DNA of 64,000 nt, from the NCBI GenBank assembly GCA_000092065.1, contig CP000595.1. One strand, given 5' to 3'. The position numbers and the translations under genes are program-made. The notes under the pieces are model-generated. The model searched no databases and was not told where the DNA came from. It saw only the letters and a program-made list of their open reading frames with translations. Positions 9,376-17,879 of the stretch are shown here, piece after piece (the stretch's first letter is position 1; every line of letters starts with the position of its first letter). The stretch comes from Ostreococcus lucimarinus. Its lineage: Eukaryota.

Positions 9376-11196
9376 CTATCGCCGCGCTCGCTCGACGTGG
9401 GAGCGAGTGTGTGGGGTGTGGTACATGCGCGCCCAAGCGGCGAGGGCCTCGCGTCGGAACGGCGGTCGGTCCACCGCCGTGTCGCCGCCGAGCAAGAACG
9501 TGGCCAAACAACGCGATCCTTCGTCATCGTGACGGCCGCCCCACACTGCATCAATGCCGGTGAGTGCGAAAAAGGCTTCTCCTGGAGGCGGGGCGCCGTT
9601 TGGGGGCCAGTCTTCTCCCGACCAATACGAAGAATCGCGACCGGCGTCTGGAAAAAATTCAAAGCCGCAATGTGCCCCACAGCGCGGGCACAAGATCGGT
9701 AGCCATGCGTATCCTTCGAACCAAGAAAACTCAGGATGTGGCTCATCGGTATCCAGGACGACATCGGTGGTTCGATCGAGGAGCTCGTACGGACTCGTCG
9801 ACCAAAGCTCGCGCAAGCTTTCATTTTCGACAGTGCTCAAATCGACGGCGTTGCGCGCAAAGACCGCGTATCTATCGTACCAACCTCCGGGATTGAAAAA
9901 GATTTTACTCCTGACCGCAGTCGGAACAGTGTCTCGCAACTCAACAGAATCGGTGCGGAATCCGTCGATGTTTGAAAATTGCCGCATCATTCGAGTCGTC
10001 GTCAATACGAAGCCGCATCGATGCGTCACCGGAACGTGATTTGGCGGCATGACGGCTTCGAGCTGCAACCTGCTTAAAATCAAAGACAGACGAGAGTACG
10101 CGTCATCAATCGAGAGGACGAGCCAGCGAAACTGAGTGTCCAAAGCGATCGAAGGTATGGCATGAAGACACCAAAATGAAAATTCCGAGGGATGTCTGGC
10201 GCCGACGGGAAGCGACTCCTCGACGACTTGACGCAATGCCTCTTCCTTCCACGCGACTGCGTCCGTGAACTCGCGTTTGCTTTCGCTCAGGTAATCTAAA
10301 ATTTTTCCCATCAATTTTCTGCTATCGTGCACTCGATTATCGCGCTTGTGCACCCCCAGAGTATAAACGTTGATGCCGCTCGGCGCGAAGACGTCGTCGA
10401 GCGCGACGGGTGGGAACAACGACATGTCGTGCATGCTGTTGAAAGCGTTCTCTCGCGCCTTTGTCGTGTCGAAATCATCGGGAAACTCGCACCAAACGAT
10501 GTTTAACGCGCGGAACTCCACGAAGCAGGGCGTCCGATGAATCCATTGACACAGCGTCCCGACGCATCCAAACGTCGCCCCTCTCGCCGGCTCGTGCCCC
10601 TCTTCGGTCACACCGGTCGCATTCGACGCATCGAGCGCGAACACCACCAATCCCGTCGAGCGTCGCCGGACGGCACCGTCATCCCCATCATCGAGCGAGC
10701 CGTCTCGAAACGCGTCCTCGGGCGTCGTCGTCTCGCGCGTCCCCTCCAACCCCCAACCTTGCTCGACGCCATCGCGCGCGTACGCCACCAACTCTCGCGT
10801 TCGTCTCGCCGCGCTTCGCCGTCGCCACAACCACGTCGCGCTCTCCGTCGGCGCCTCGATCCTTTCTCCCGGCACTAATCCCGCGAGCGCCGACGTCGCC
10901 TCGACGAACGCGCACGGCGGCGCCGCGTCCATCTTCGACCCACCGCCTCGGCGTCCGCGGTCGTACCTCCACGCGCGCGCGCGCGCGCTTTCGACCGCTC
11001 TCCCGTACGTCTCGAACGCCCGCTTCGCGTCGATCCATCGTCGCGCGGCGTCGCCGTTCGTCTCGAACGCGTCCACCGCGTCGTCGTTCGCGGCGACGCC
11101 TCGACCGAGCGCGGCGACGTCGGCGCGATCGCGCGCGCCGTCGCCGCGTCCCGTGCGCACGGTGACGCGCGGGTACGCGTCGTCGAAGAGGTCCAT
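9376..11196 (-). CDS. Protein with a C-terminal cereblon-like CULT domain
   Basis: The C-terminus EFSWFEGYAWLPILCPRCGAHCGFEF matches the cereblon CULT signature (SWFPGYAW...C.IC.SH.GW.F). The first CxxC pair is degenerate. The middle region has no confident family assignment. Confidence 0.45.
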   Translation of the reverse strand: MDLFDDAYPRVTVRTGRGDGARDRADVAALGRGVAANDDAVDAFETNGDAARRWIDAKRAFETYGRAVESARARAWRYDRGRRGGGSKMDAAPPCAFVEATSALAGLVPGERIEAPTESATWLWRRRSAARRTRELVAYARDGVEQGWGLEGTRETTTPEDAFRDGSLDDGDDGAVRRRSTGLVVFALDASNATGVTEEGHEPARGATFGCVGTLCQWIHRTPCFVEFRALNIVWCEFPDDFDTTKARENAFNSMHDMSLFPPVALDDVFAPSGINVYTLGVHKRDNRVHDSRKLMGKILDYLSESKREFTDAVAWKEEALRQVVEESLPVGARHPSEFSFWCLHAIPSIALDTQFRWLVLSIDDAYSRLSLILSRLQLEAVMPPNHVPVTHRCGFVLTTTRMMRQFSNIDGFRTDSVELRDTVPTAVRSKIFFNPGGWYDRYAVFARNAVDLSTVENESLRELWSTSPYELLDRTTDVVLDTDEPHPEFSWFEGYAWLPILCPRCGAHCGFEFFPDAGRDSSYWSGEDWPPNGAPPPGEAFFALTGIDAVWGGRHDDEGSRCLATFLLGGDTAVDRPPFRREALAAWARMYHTPHTRSHVERARR

Positions 11197-11299
11197 GCGC
11201 GGCGCCGCGCGACGACGACGACGACGACGGCGACGCGCGGCGACGTGCCGGTAACACTATTCGTTTTCATCACTCCGCGACGCACGACGACGGGTGTTG

Positions 11300-11345
11300 C
11301 GCGCGCGCGATGGGCGCGCGCGCGCGATGGGCGCGCGCGATGGCG
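11300..11345. repeat. Three tandem copies of gcgcgcgatgg overlapping the GT25 start region, within the divergent promoter shared with the CULT-domain gene
   Basis: cgcgcgatgggcgcgcgcgcgcgatgggcgcgcgcgatggcgg gives three in-frame ATGs. Confidence 0.6.
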
Positions 11346-12683
11346 GCGGTGACGATGGTGACGCTCGCGACGTCGATCGCGGCGGCCGAACGCGTCGAAC
11401 GGGAGGACGCGGTGCGAATGTATTACGTCAACGCGCGCGGTGCGACGACGAAGCGATTGGAGATGGAGCGCGCGGTGGTGGCGCTGGACGCGCGCGCGCG
11501 AAGGATCGAGCGCGTGGACGCGAAGAGACGATCGACGCTGCTGATGACGTACGAAACGGCGACGTGTGGACGCGGAAGATTCGCGCCGAGCGCGCACGCG
11601 GAGCGACGAGAACGATTCGGCGAGGAGTACTTGAACGCGCTGGGGACGTCGCTGTCGCACCTGGAGGCGGTGTACGCGGCGTACGACGACGGGGCGAGCG
11701 TTGCGTTGATCATGGAGGACGATGCGCGATGGGACTTGCTGCCGACGTGGTCGAGCGATTTGGAGAAATTCGTGGAGCGGTTGCCGGAAGACTGGACCGT
11801 GACGCAGTTGTCGGCGCTCGGCGATTACGCCGAGACGACGAAATTGTTTTACGATTGGCAGCGCGAGCGAAAGAATGCGCCGGGACAGAGTTTGACGACA
11901 TTACCCAAAGGTTCGCGGCGTTTGAGCGGTACGCAGGCGTATCTGATCAGTCGTAAGGGGATGAGTAGATTAGTGAAGGCGTATCGATCGCCTGCTGGAA
12001 AAACGGATGTGTGTTCAATGACGTGCGTGGAGCTCGAGGAGTGCGTCTTGGCCGACGGTGTGCACTTGGATGAGAAGTATAGAGTCGCCACGCCGCCACT
12101 ATTTGTCGAACGCTCCCCAAGCAGCGACTTTCTCGATTCGTCGCGAAATATGATTCTCAGCTGGGCCGTCTCGCTGTCGCTGACTCAAGGCAAGGCGGCA
12201 AATTTGCGCATGGACGGAGATATGATTCGCGATGTTTTGGCGGAAGGCTTGAAAGTTCCCGAACACTTGAAGCCCAACACGTTCATGGAGCATTTCAATT
12301 ACCATTGCAAGCTCAATCACGGCGGTGGTTCAAAGTGTTCGATCAAAAAGGCGTACTTGGTCAACCAAAAGCCGCCACGGATGGAAGAGCCAGCTCTGGC
12401 CGAAGAAGCGCCCGTAGACGCCGAAGAAAATTTCCGAGGTCACAATGCATCCGCATTAGGTCGCGTGGTGATGTCTCGTCGAGATCTCGCTCCGAAAGAA
12501 ACGAGTATCTGGTCCGAGTATTCCAAATCGACGCCCTTCATTTCGATGTTCGTCTTCGGCGCGTTGACGACGTTTGTGCTCGCGGCGAGCTTCGTGTTCG
12601 CCAAAACACGCCCCGAGTCGTCCAGGGACGAGTTACAGACCATTCTCCCTATAGATCCGCAAACTGAGGAGTATTATTCCTAA
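11310..12683 (+). CDS. Glycosyltransferase family 25-like (LPS/collagen galactosyltransferase family), secretory
   Basis: It has an N-terminal signal peptide (MAAVTMVTLATSIAAA). GT25-like motifs are present: VRMYYVNARG and ...GTSLSHLEAVYAAY..VALIMEDDARW (GE.GC.LSH ... EDD). There is a C-terminal TM (FISMFVFGALTTFVLAASFVF). Confidence 0.45.
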   Translation: MGARARWARAMAAVTMVTLATSIAAAERVEREDAVRMYYVNARGATTKRLEMERAVVALDARARRIERVDAKRRSTLLMTYETATCGRGRFAPSAHAERRERFGEEYLNALGTSLSHLEAVYAAYDDGASVALIMEDDARWDLLPTWSSDLEKFVERLPEDWTVTQLSALGDYAETTKLFYDWQRERKNAPGQSLTTLPKGSRRLSGTQAYLISRKGMSRLVKAYRSPAGKTDVCSMTCVELEECVLADGVHLDEKYRVATPPLFVERSPSSDFLDSSRNMILSWAVSLSLTQGKAANLRMDGDMIRDVLAEGLKVPEHLKPNTFMEHFNYHCKLNHGGGSKCSIKKAYLVNQKPPRMEEPALAEEAPVDAEENFRGHNASALGRVVMSRRDLAPKETSIWSEYSKSTPFISMFVFGALTTFVLAASFVFAKTRPESSRDELQTILPIDPQTEEYYS

Positions 12684-12723
12684 TAATAAATCTTTGTTGT
12701 ATTAAAGACACCTAGCTATAGCT

Positions 12724-13269
12724 CTATTCGTCCGACTCTGGCGGTTGCATTCGTTTCGCGTTTATAATCTTGTCCTTCAGCTCGGTGTAGTCCCCGGTGA
12801 AATCGAAAATCAACCCGAGATTGTCCACAATCTGATGCCACACCTCGCACTCACCACACTGCACCCACATCGTCCCCCGTTCGAGGACCTCAGGGTTGAT
12901 CATCCGCATCGTTCGCCCCTCGCACTTGTTACACGTAAACGTCATCTGCACGCGCCGTCGCGTTCGCGGCAGCTGCACGCTCGCTCGCCCCTCTTCTTCG
13001 CCCTCGTCATCGCTTGACGATGTACCACCGTCACCCAAGACGTTGACGCGCGCCACCGATCGCGCGCGCGCGAGCGGGACGTCGTCGCGACGTCGCGCGA
13101 AGAGTCGCGTCGAGAGCGACGGCGCGCGCGCGAGGACGACCGAGGCGGCCCGAGAGCGACGCGCGACGCGCGAGGACGAGGGCGTGCATGCGGATGTTGT
13201 GCTGCGCTCGCGCGCACGCGCGAACGGCGACACGCGCCCCGGTCGGGCGAGGGTGAGGGCGAAGGACAT
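12724..13269 (-). CDS. DNL-type zinc-finger protein (ZIM17/HEP1/Tim15-like Hsp70 escort), organellar
   Basis: The C-terminus FTCNKCEGRTMRMINPEVLERGTMWVQCGECEVWHQIVDNLGLIFD is a textbook zf-DNL. An N-terminal Arg/Ser-rich presequence is present. ATG at 13269. Confidence 0.75.
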   Translation of the reverse strand: MSFALTLARPGRVSPFARARERSTTSACTPSSSRVARRSRAASVVLARAPSLSTRLFARRRDDVPLARARSVARVNVLGDGGTSSSDDEGEEEGRASVQLPRTRRRVQMTFTCNKCEGRTMRMINPEVLERGTMWVQCGECEVWHQIVDNLGLIFDFTGDYTELKDKIINAKRMQPPESDE

Positions 13270-13455
13270 GACGCGCCGCGCGCGCTGCGTTGTGACGACG
13301 AGCTCACTCAGATGTGATTGATCGTTCTGGTCGCATATGAATTACATAACTCGCTATACATTCGGAACATCAATCACTGCTAGCAATCGTAATGACTAAA
13401 TCCGTCGTCGTTCTCCAAGCGCGTCATCGTCGCGCGCGTCGTCGCTTGCGCGAGC

Positions 13456-14789
13456 TTACGCGAGGGAGGCGAGGAGGGCGCTGGCGGTCTCTTGGACATC
13501 AGCAAGAAGCGCGGTGGCGGCTTCTTGGTCCTTTTGGCGGATGGAGAAGTCGAGGTTTTCGAGCTTCTTGTAGAAGGCCTTGGCTTGCGCGGCGTCCGCA
13601 CCCTTGATTTCGACGAGGTTGTTGATGTCGAAGCGGAGGGTACCGACTTGGCGGCGAAGCTCGTTGGACGCTTGGGTCCAGTACTTCTTGCCGACGTACT
13701 CACCAACATCCTTGTTGATGCGAGTCTATAAATCGTAAGTGGCACATTGCATCGTCAGTCTCTCATTCGTCGTCCTCGTCACGTTCGTCGTCGTCATTCG
13801 CCGCGTTTCGCGTCGAGCGCCGCACGCACCACAGACTCCGTCGCGCGCGCCGCGGTTTCCTTTTGCGAAAGCTTTTGGAAAGAGAAGCGGGACGGGCCAT
13901 CGGATCGCGGCTTTTGGTCCAATTCCAAGTCACGAGCCTTCGCGCGCACGAAATTTGTCAACAGTCAGTCTCGAGCTCTCGCGCGCGTTCGCTCGCCTCA
14001 ACCACCCTCCACTCGCCCGATCGATCGATCCGGGCGGATTCGAGCGAATCTCGCGAGATTCGAGGGCGCGACGCGATTTTACGCGTAAATAGCGCTTCGA
14101 GAGCGTTGAATACGGTATTCGACCCCCCGAATGGGTTTTCCACGCTCGCATCGATCGACGCGACCGGCCCGGGTTCGACCGGTCGTCCAGGTTCGACGCA
14201 CCTCGTAGATGAGCTGCAACCCGGTTTGGTTCTCCACGCGCTTGTCCGTGAGCTCGATGCCCGTCGCCGCGAACGCGGCCGGGGTCGCGCTCAAGACGAC
14301 CGCCGTGACGGCGGCGAGGGACACAGCCTGTGCGCGCGCGATAAAATCCAGCACACGCGCGATCGCGAGTTCGCACGCGACGCGCGCTCGAGCGTCGGAC
14401 GACGCGCGCGCGCGCGGGATGACGATCGATCGCGAATGCGATAGCGATCCACGCCCCGCGCGAATGTGCGCGCGCGTCGACGTCGAGCGCGCGTCGGTGG
14501 ACGCGATCGCGCGTTTACGGAGCGGGGCGATTCGGTCAGTCGAAATTCATTCGATCGTTCGCGCGCGTCCCGGGCGTCGAAAGCGCGTCGGACGCGTCGA
14601 CGCGTGCGCGATAGAATCGCATCATCACCATCGTTCGCGCTCGTATCAACCATCGATCGCTCGATCGCGGGTCCGTACCTTGTTCGCCGAGGCCTTGACG
14701 ACCGTGTTCGCCTTGACGGACTTCGAGGTGGTGATCTTTTGGGCGATGGCCTTACCGGTGAAGGCGGACGTGGACGCGGCGACAGACAT
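13456..14789 (-). CDS. psbQ: Photosystem II oxygen-evolving enhancer protein 3 (PsbQ), 4 exons: complement join(14679..14789, 14202..14327, 13830..13937, 13456..13725), about 204 aa
   Basis: Exon 3 encodes ...[25 protein letters not shown]...FYKKLENLDFSIRQKDQEA..., which matches Chlamydomonas OEE3 ([23 protein letters not shown]...DLDFALREKDQ). Exon 2 gives ARDLELDQ and exon 1 gives ...LSATPAAFAATGIELTDKRVENQTGLQLIYE. Exon 0 is MSVAASTSAFTGKAIAQKITTSKSVKANTVVKASANK, a stromal transit peptide. Donors are gtacgg, gtgcgt and gtgcgt; acceptors are cacag, gcgaag and tttatag. The ORF track shows only fragments. Confidence 0.7.
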
Positions 14790-14877
14790 GGTCGAACGTT
14801 CGTGTGCGATGCGAAGTGCGGGTCGCGCCGGGCGCGCGCGGGATCGGATCGAGGTCGCGGCGGACTCGAGGTCGCTC

Positions 14878-14889
14878 GGGGGGGGGGGG
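14878..14889. repeat. G12 homopolymer (C12 on the PsbQ coding strand), about 90 bp upstream of the PsbQ ATG
   Basis: ctcggggggggggggtcgg at 14875-14892. Confidence 0.8.
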
Positions 14890-14961
14890 TCGGCGCGAGT
14901 CAGGATTCGACGTGTAGGGTTTTCGACACGAATGTCACAACATTAGGCGCGACGCGCACGA

Positions 14962-17802
14962 TTATACGGGCGTACCGCCCCGATCTCGATCTCGATCTCG
15001 ATCTCGATCTCGATCTCGATCCGCGGACTCGCGCGTGAAGCCGTCTCGACCGTTCTCGTTTGGGCAATACTTTGCCACGCCGTCGTCCGAGATGGGCACG
15101 ACAGATTGTTCGCCGGCGTCGTAACTGATCGACGGCGACCACACGAGCTGGATGGTTTCGCCGACGTTCTCGAAGGAGTGAATCCAACCGCACGGCATGA
15201 ATAAAATGTCGCCCGCCTCGACGACGGCGCCGAAGCCGCGCGAACGCGCGATTTTGGGTTGTTTGTCCAAGTCGACGTTGAAGGCGTTCCCCAGATAGAC
15301 GGGATTGTACAACTCTTCACCGCCGACGCGCGCGGAGAGCGGGTAGAGGTTTTCCTCATCGGCGCGATCCCAGACGACGGCGCGTTTCGAGCCTTGAACC
15401 ACTAAAACCATCACGTGAGCCGGTTTGGCGTGATGATGCGCGTGATACGCTCGAACGCCATCGCCACTGGCGAAGAGCATAAACTTTTTGAACTCCGTAG
15501 GTCGCTCGCGAAAGAGTATCTTGGAGATATACGACCAGTCTCCGCGCAATTTCGTTTCGACAGCTGCTTTGACGCGTTCGGCGAGTGCCGGACATTGTTC
15601 AATAATGTGCCACGAGTGTACGCTCGGTGGCCATAAATTATCCGCTGGGTGTAAAAAGTCCACGCCGCGTTTTCTGGCTATTTTGGATTCCCCCATCAAC
15701 TCACTATCGAAAAAATCTCTCAGTGTTTTAATCTTTCCTTTGCCTTCGAGAAAATCCAACGTTTCATTCAGCGTCAAACCTCGTGTCGTTTCGAGACGTT
15801 CGGAAAGATCTCGCAAAAGTTTTTGATGCGTCGTTTTCGTCATAGACTGGAACAATGGCACTATTTTCGACCCCAAGTCGGCGAATGCATCGCCGCATAA
15901 ATCTAAAATGAGCTCTCGCGTCACGACGCTTCGTAGCACAGTTGCAAGGTTAGCGTTTTCGATCACCACTGGTTGCCCTTCCTTGACGTATTTCCGCTCG
16001 AACGCGTCAATTGATAGTGTAGATGCGTCAACGCGCTCGATGTTGTTCCACTGAAAACTCGGATCGCTCGACGACAGCAGCAGCGGTATATCATCATGTT
16101 GCGGCGCCTCGACCGTCGGCGCGCGTTTGTTTCGTTGATGATCCTCAACTCTTTCGCCACGACCGAGGTTGGCTTGATCATCTTGAATTCGAACTAAAGA
16201 CTCTAGGAAAGACGTAACACTTTGGGCATCGTTCGGTCCGATGAAACTCTGTGCGATCGCATTCAACTCCTTATGATTTCGCACATACGGCCCAAAGTGT
16301 GACGTTTTCATCTCGCGTCTGGCTTTTAGTGACTCTTCCACGGGCCACGGACAATTTAATGGATCGCAACACGGCGCATTAATGTCATACTGACTTTCTG
16401 CTTGAAGCAAAGTAGTCTTAAGCGCACCCTCAAAGCCGTAACGATTCAATAAAGTCGCGCGATCTTTCAGAAAGGCGACATCTTCTTCGGCGATGCTGTA
16501 CTTTTCCATCAACTCCTCTATTGTTGCGTCAGTGACTTCCGCCAAAAACGCGCTAAACGTGGAAGGAAACGTGCGGTGAATGGCACCCCCCTCCACCCAA
16601 CATCTGTAATCTAAGATAGCTCCGATAGTCGGTGACCAGTTTCCGTTTTCAAGCTCCACGATGCACGCCGGTTTAGTTTCGTTGGCAGACTTTGCGTGGC
16701 ACCTTTCCATCCACGGCAAAGTTTTTTCTTTCTCATAGATCACATAACCTGCAACATAGTGCCAGTGATGGCGCGTCCCGGGAATGCTCACTGTGCTGGT
16801 TTCGTCCTCACGTTTCAACATGTCCTCGTTGTCTATCAGCATCAACGACCCTTTGGCTTCGTCGATGAAGATGTTGAATATATTTCTGTCGTGGTTACCA
16901 AGGAGGAAGTCCATCAGAGTCATCCCTATGACGTCCTCTCGCTTAAGTCGCGATACAACGAGAAAAAGTTCTTTCGTCATCATGTTCTGGCCTGGTCTGG
17001 CACCATTGATATCAGTTGGCGCGATTCCCTTTGCCCAGTCTGTGACGAGAACGTGAGTGTTTTGCTTTCCACCAAGAGAACGTGTGTCGCGTGGCGTGAA
17101 AAACTTCAAAGTCTTTGCCTCCGTAGGCGACACAAGTCGCCCGAACCCCATTGTTTCGATCAATCGATGGATGGCTGATATCCTTTCCGGGGATCGATCA
17201 CGCTGACTGTGGAAACCGCCACACGTTTCGTCAACCGGCGTCGCGTTTGCGTGTTGACGAAATTGTCCACGAATACCGCACCAAGCCTTGACGCTCACCT
17301 TTTTCCCTTCGCTCGTAACTCCTCGCAACACCATTGCCTCAGATTTGCCGACATACCTCCCTGGATTTCCCGCGTCGATGCGCTCAACTTTGACGTCGCA
17401 GTCGCAGCGCTCGCACCACCCACGCGAGTCGACGACGTCGTCTTCGCCCAGCTCGGAATGAGGCACGCATGTGGAGCAAGACGAACACGTCTCAAAGCTC
17501 GCGCGTGTACGCTTGTGATTTGTGTCTGCCCCGCGTTCATCGTCACTATCTTTCCGCACGTCGGCGTCGGCGTAATCAGCGTCAGCGACACCATCGGCGA
17601 GTTTCAGCGCTCTAACAGCAATCGTCTCGCGACGCGGCGACGTCCTCGTGAGTGCGACGGTGAGCACGCACACGAACGCGATAGAATAACACGGTGGTTT
17701 CCACCGCGCGGGCCTTCGACGCCTCTTCGTGGCGTGATGCCACATCGGAGGCGCGGAGTGACGTCGGGACGGCGACAAGCGAGAAGGCGTCGTAGAACGC
17801 AT
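14962..17802 (-). CDS. Type-II membrane protein with a FAM20/Four-jointed-like secretory-pathway kinase domain fused to a C-terminal JmjC (cupin) domain and an (RD)n tail
   Basis: N-terminal signal anchor PCYSIAFVCVLTVALT. Fam20-like catalytic motifs: MDFLLGNHDRN (compare FDFLIGNMDRHH) and LMLIDNEDM (DN metal motif). JmjC signatures: HAKPAHVMVLVVQGSKRAVVW and GDILFMPCGWIHSFENV. The track start 17844 is TTG; ATGs are at 17802 and 17745. Confidence 0.55.
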   Translation of the reverse strand: MRSTTPSRLSPSRRHSAPPMWHHATKRRRRPARWKPPCYSIAFVCVLTVALTRTSPRRETIAVRALKLADGVADADYADADVRKDSDDERGADTNHKRTRASFETCSSCSTCVPHSELGEDDVVDSRGWCERCDCDVKVERIDAGNPGRYVGKSEAMVLRGVTSEGKKVSVKAWCGIRGQFRQHANATPVDETCGGFHSQRDRSPERISAIHRLIETMGFGRLVSPTEAKTLKFFTPRDTRSLGGKQNTHVLVTDWAKGIAPTDINGARPGQNMMTKELFLVVSRLKREDVIGMTLMDFLLGNHDRNIFNIFIDEAKGSLMLIDNEDMLKREDETSTVSIPGTRHHWHYVAGYVIYEKEKTLPWMERCHAKSANETKPACIVELENGNWSPTIGAILDYRCWVEGGAIHRTFPSTFSAFLAEVTDATIEELMEKYSIAEEDVAFLKDRATLLNRYGFEGALKTTLLQAESQYDINAPCCDPLNCPWPVEESLKARREMKTSHFGPYVRNHKELNAIAQSFIGPNDAQSVTSFLESLVRIQDDQANLGRGERVEDHQRNKRAPTVEAPQHDDIPLLLSSSDPSFQWNNIERVDASTLSIDAFERKYVKEGQPVVIENANLATVLRSVVTRELILDLCGDAFADLGSKIVPLFQSMTKTTHQKLLRDLSERLETTRGLTLNETLDFLEGKGKIKTLRDFFDSELMGESKIARKRGVDFLHPADNLWPPSVHSWHIIEQCPALAERVKAAVETKLRGDWSYISKILFRERPTEFKKFMLFASGDGVRAYHAHHHAKPAHVMVLVVQGSKRAVVWDRADEENLYPLSARVGGEELYNPVYLGNAFNVDLDKQPKIARSRGFGAVVEAGDILFMPCGWIHSFENVGETIQLVWSPSISYDAGEQSVVPISDDGVAKYCPNENGRDGFTRESADRDRDRDRDRDRDRGGTPV
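14981..15022. repeat. (CGATCT)7 microsatellite encoding the C-terminal RDRDRDRDRDRDR tail of the kinase/JmjC protein
   Basis: cgatctcgatctcgatctcgatctcgatctcgatctcgat. Confidence 0.9.
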
Positions 17803-17879
17803 GGGAACTAAAGCGACGCGTGCGTAACGAATGCGCTGCTTCAATCACGATAAGTCTATCTATTGATTATTGCTTAATA

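Noticed and set aside
14161-14200. tRNA-like GGTTCGA motifs and a 7-bp-stem hairpin (cgaccgg...ccggtcg) inside PsbQ intron 1
   Set aside because: There is no D-loop or anticodon arm, and no acceptor-stem complementarity. It is judged an incidental GC-rich palindrome, not a tRNA or snoRNA.
961-14789. Apparent clustering of plastid-function genes (SirB, SSIII, CCS1, zf-DNL, PsbQ) as a functional gene cluster or operon
   Set aside because: The genes are on both strands with independent promoters, and plastid-targeted proteins are a large fraction of any algal proteome. The clustering is not obviously beyond chance.
14981-15022. Regular short direct repeats, (CGATCT)7 and others, considered as CRISPR-like arrays
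   Set aside because: They are contiguous microsatellites without unique spacers, in a eukaryotic nuclear context. One is coding (an RD-repeat tail).
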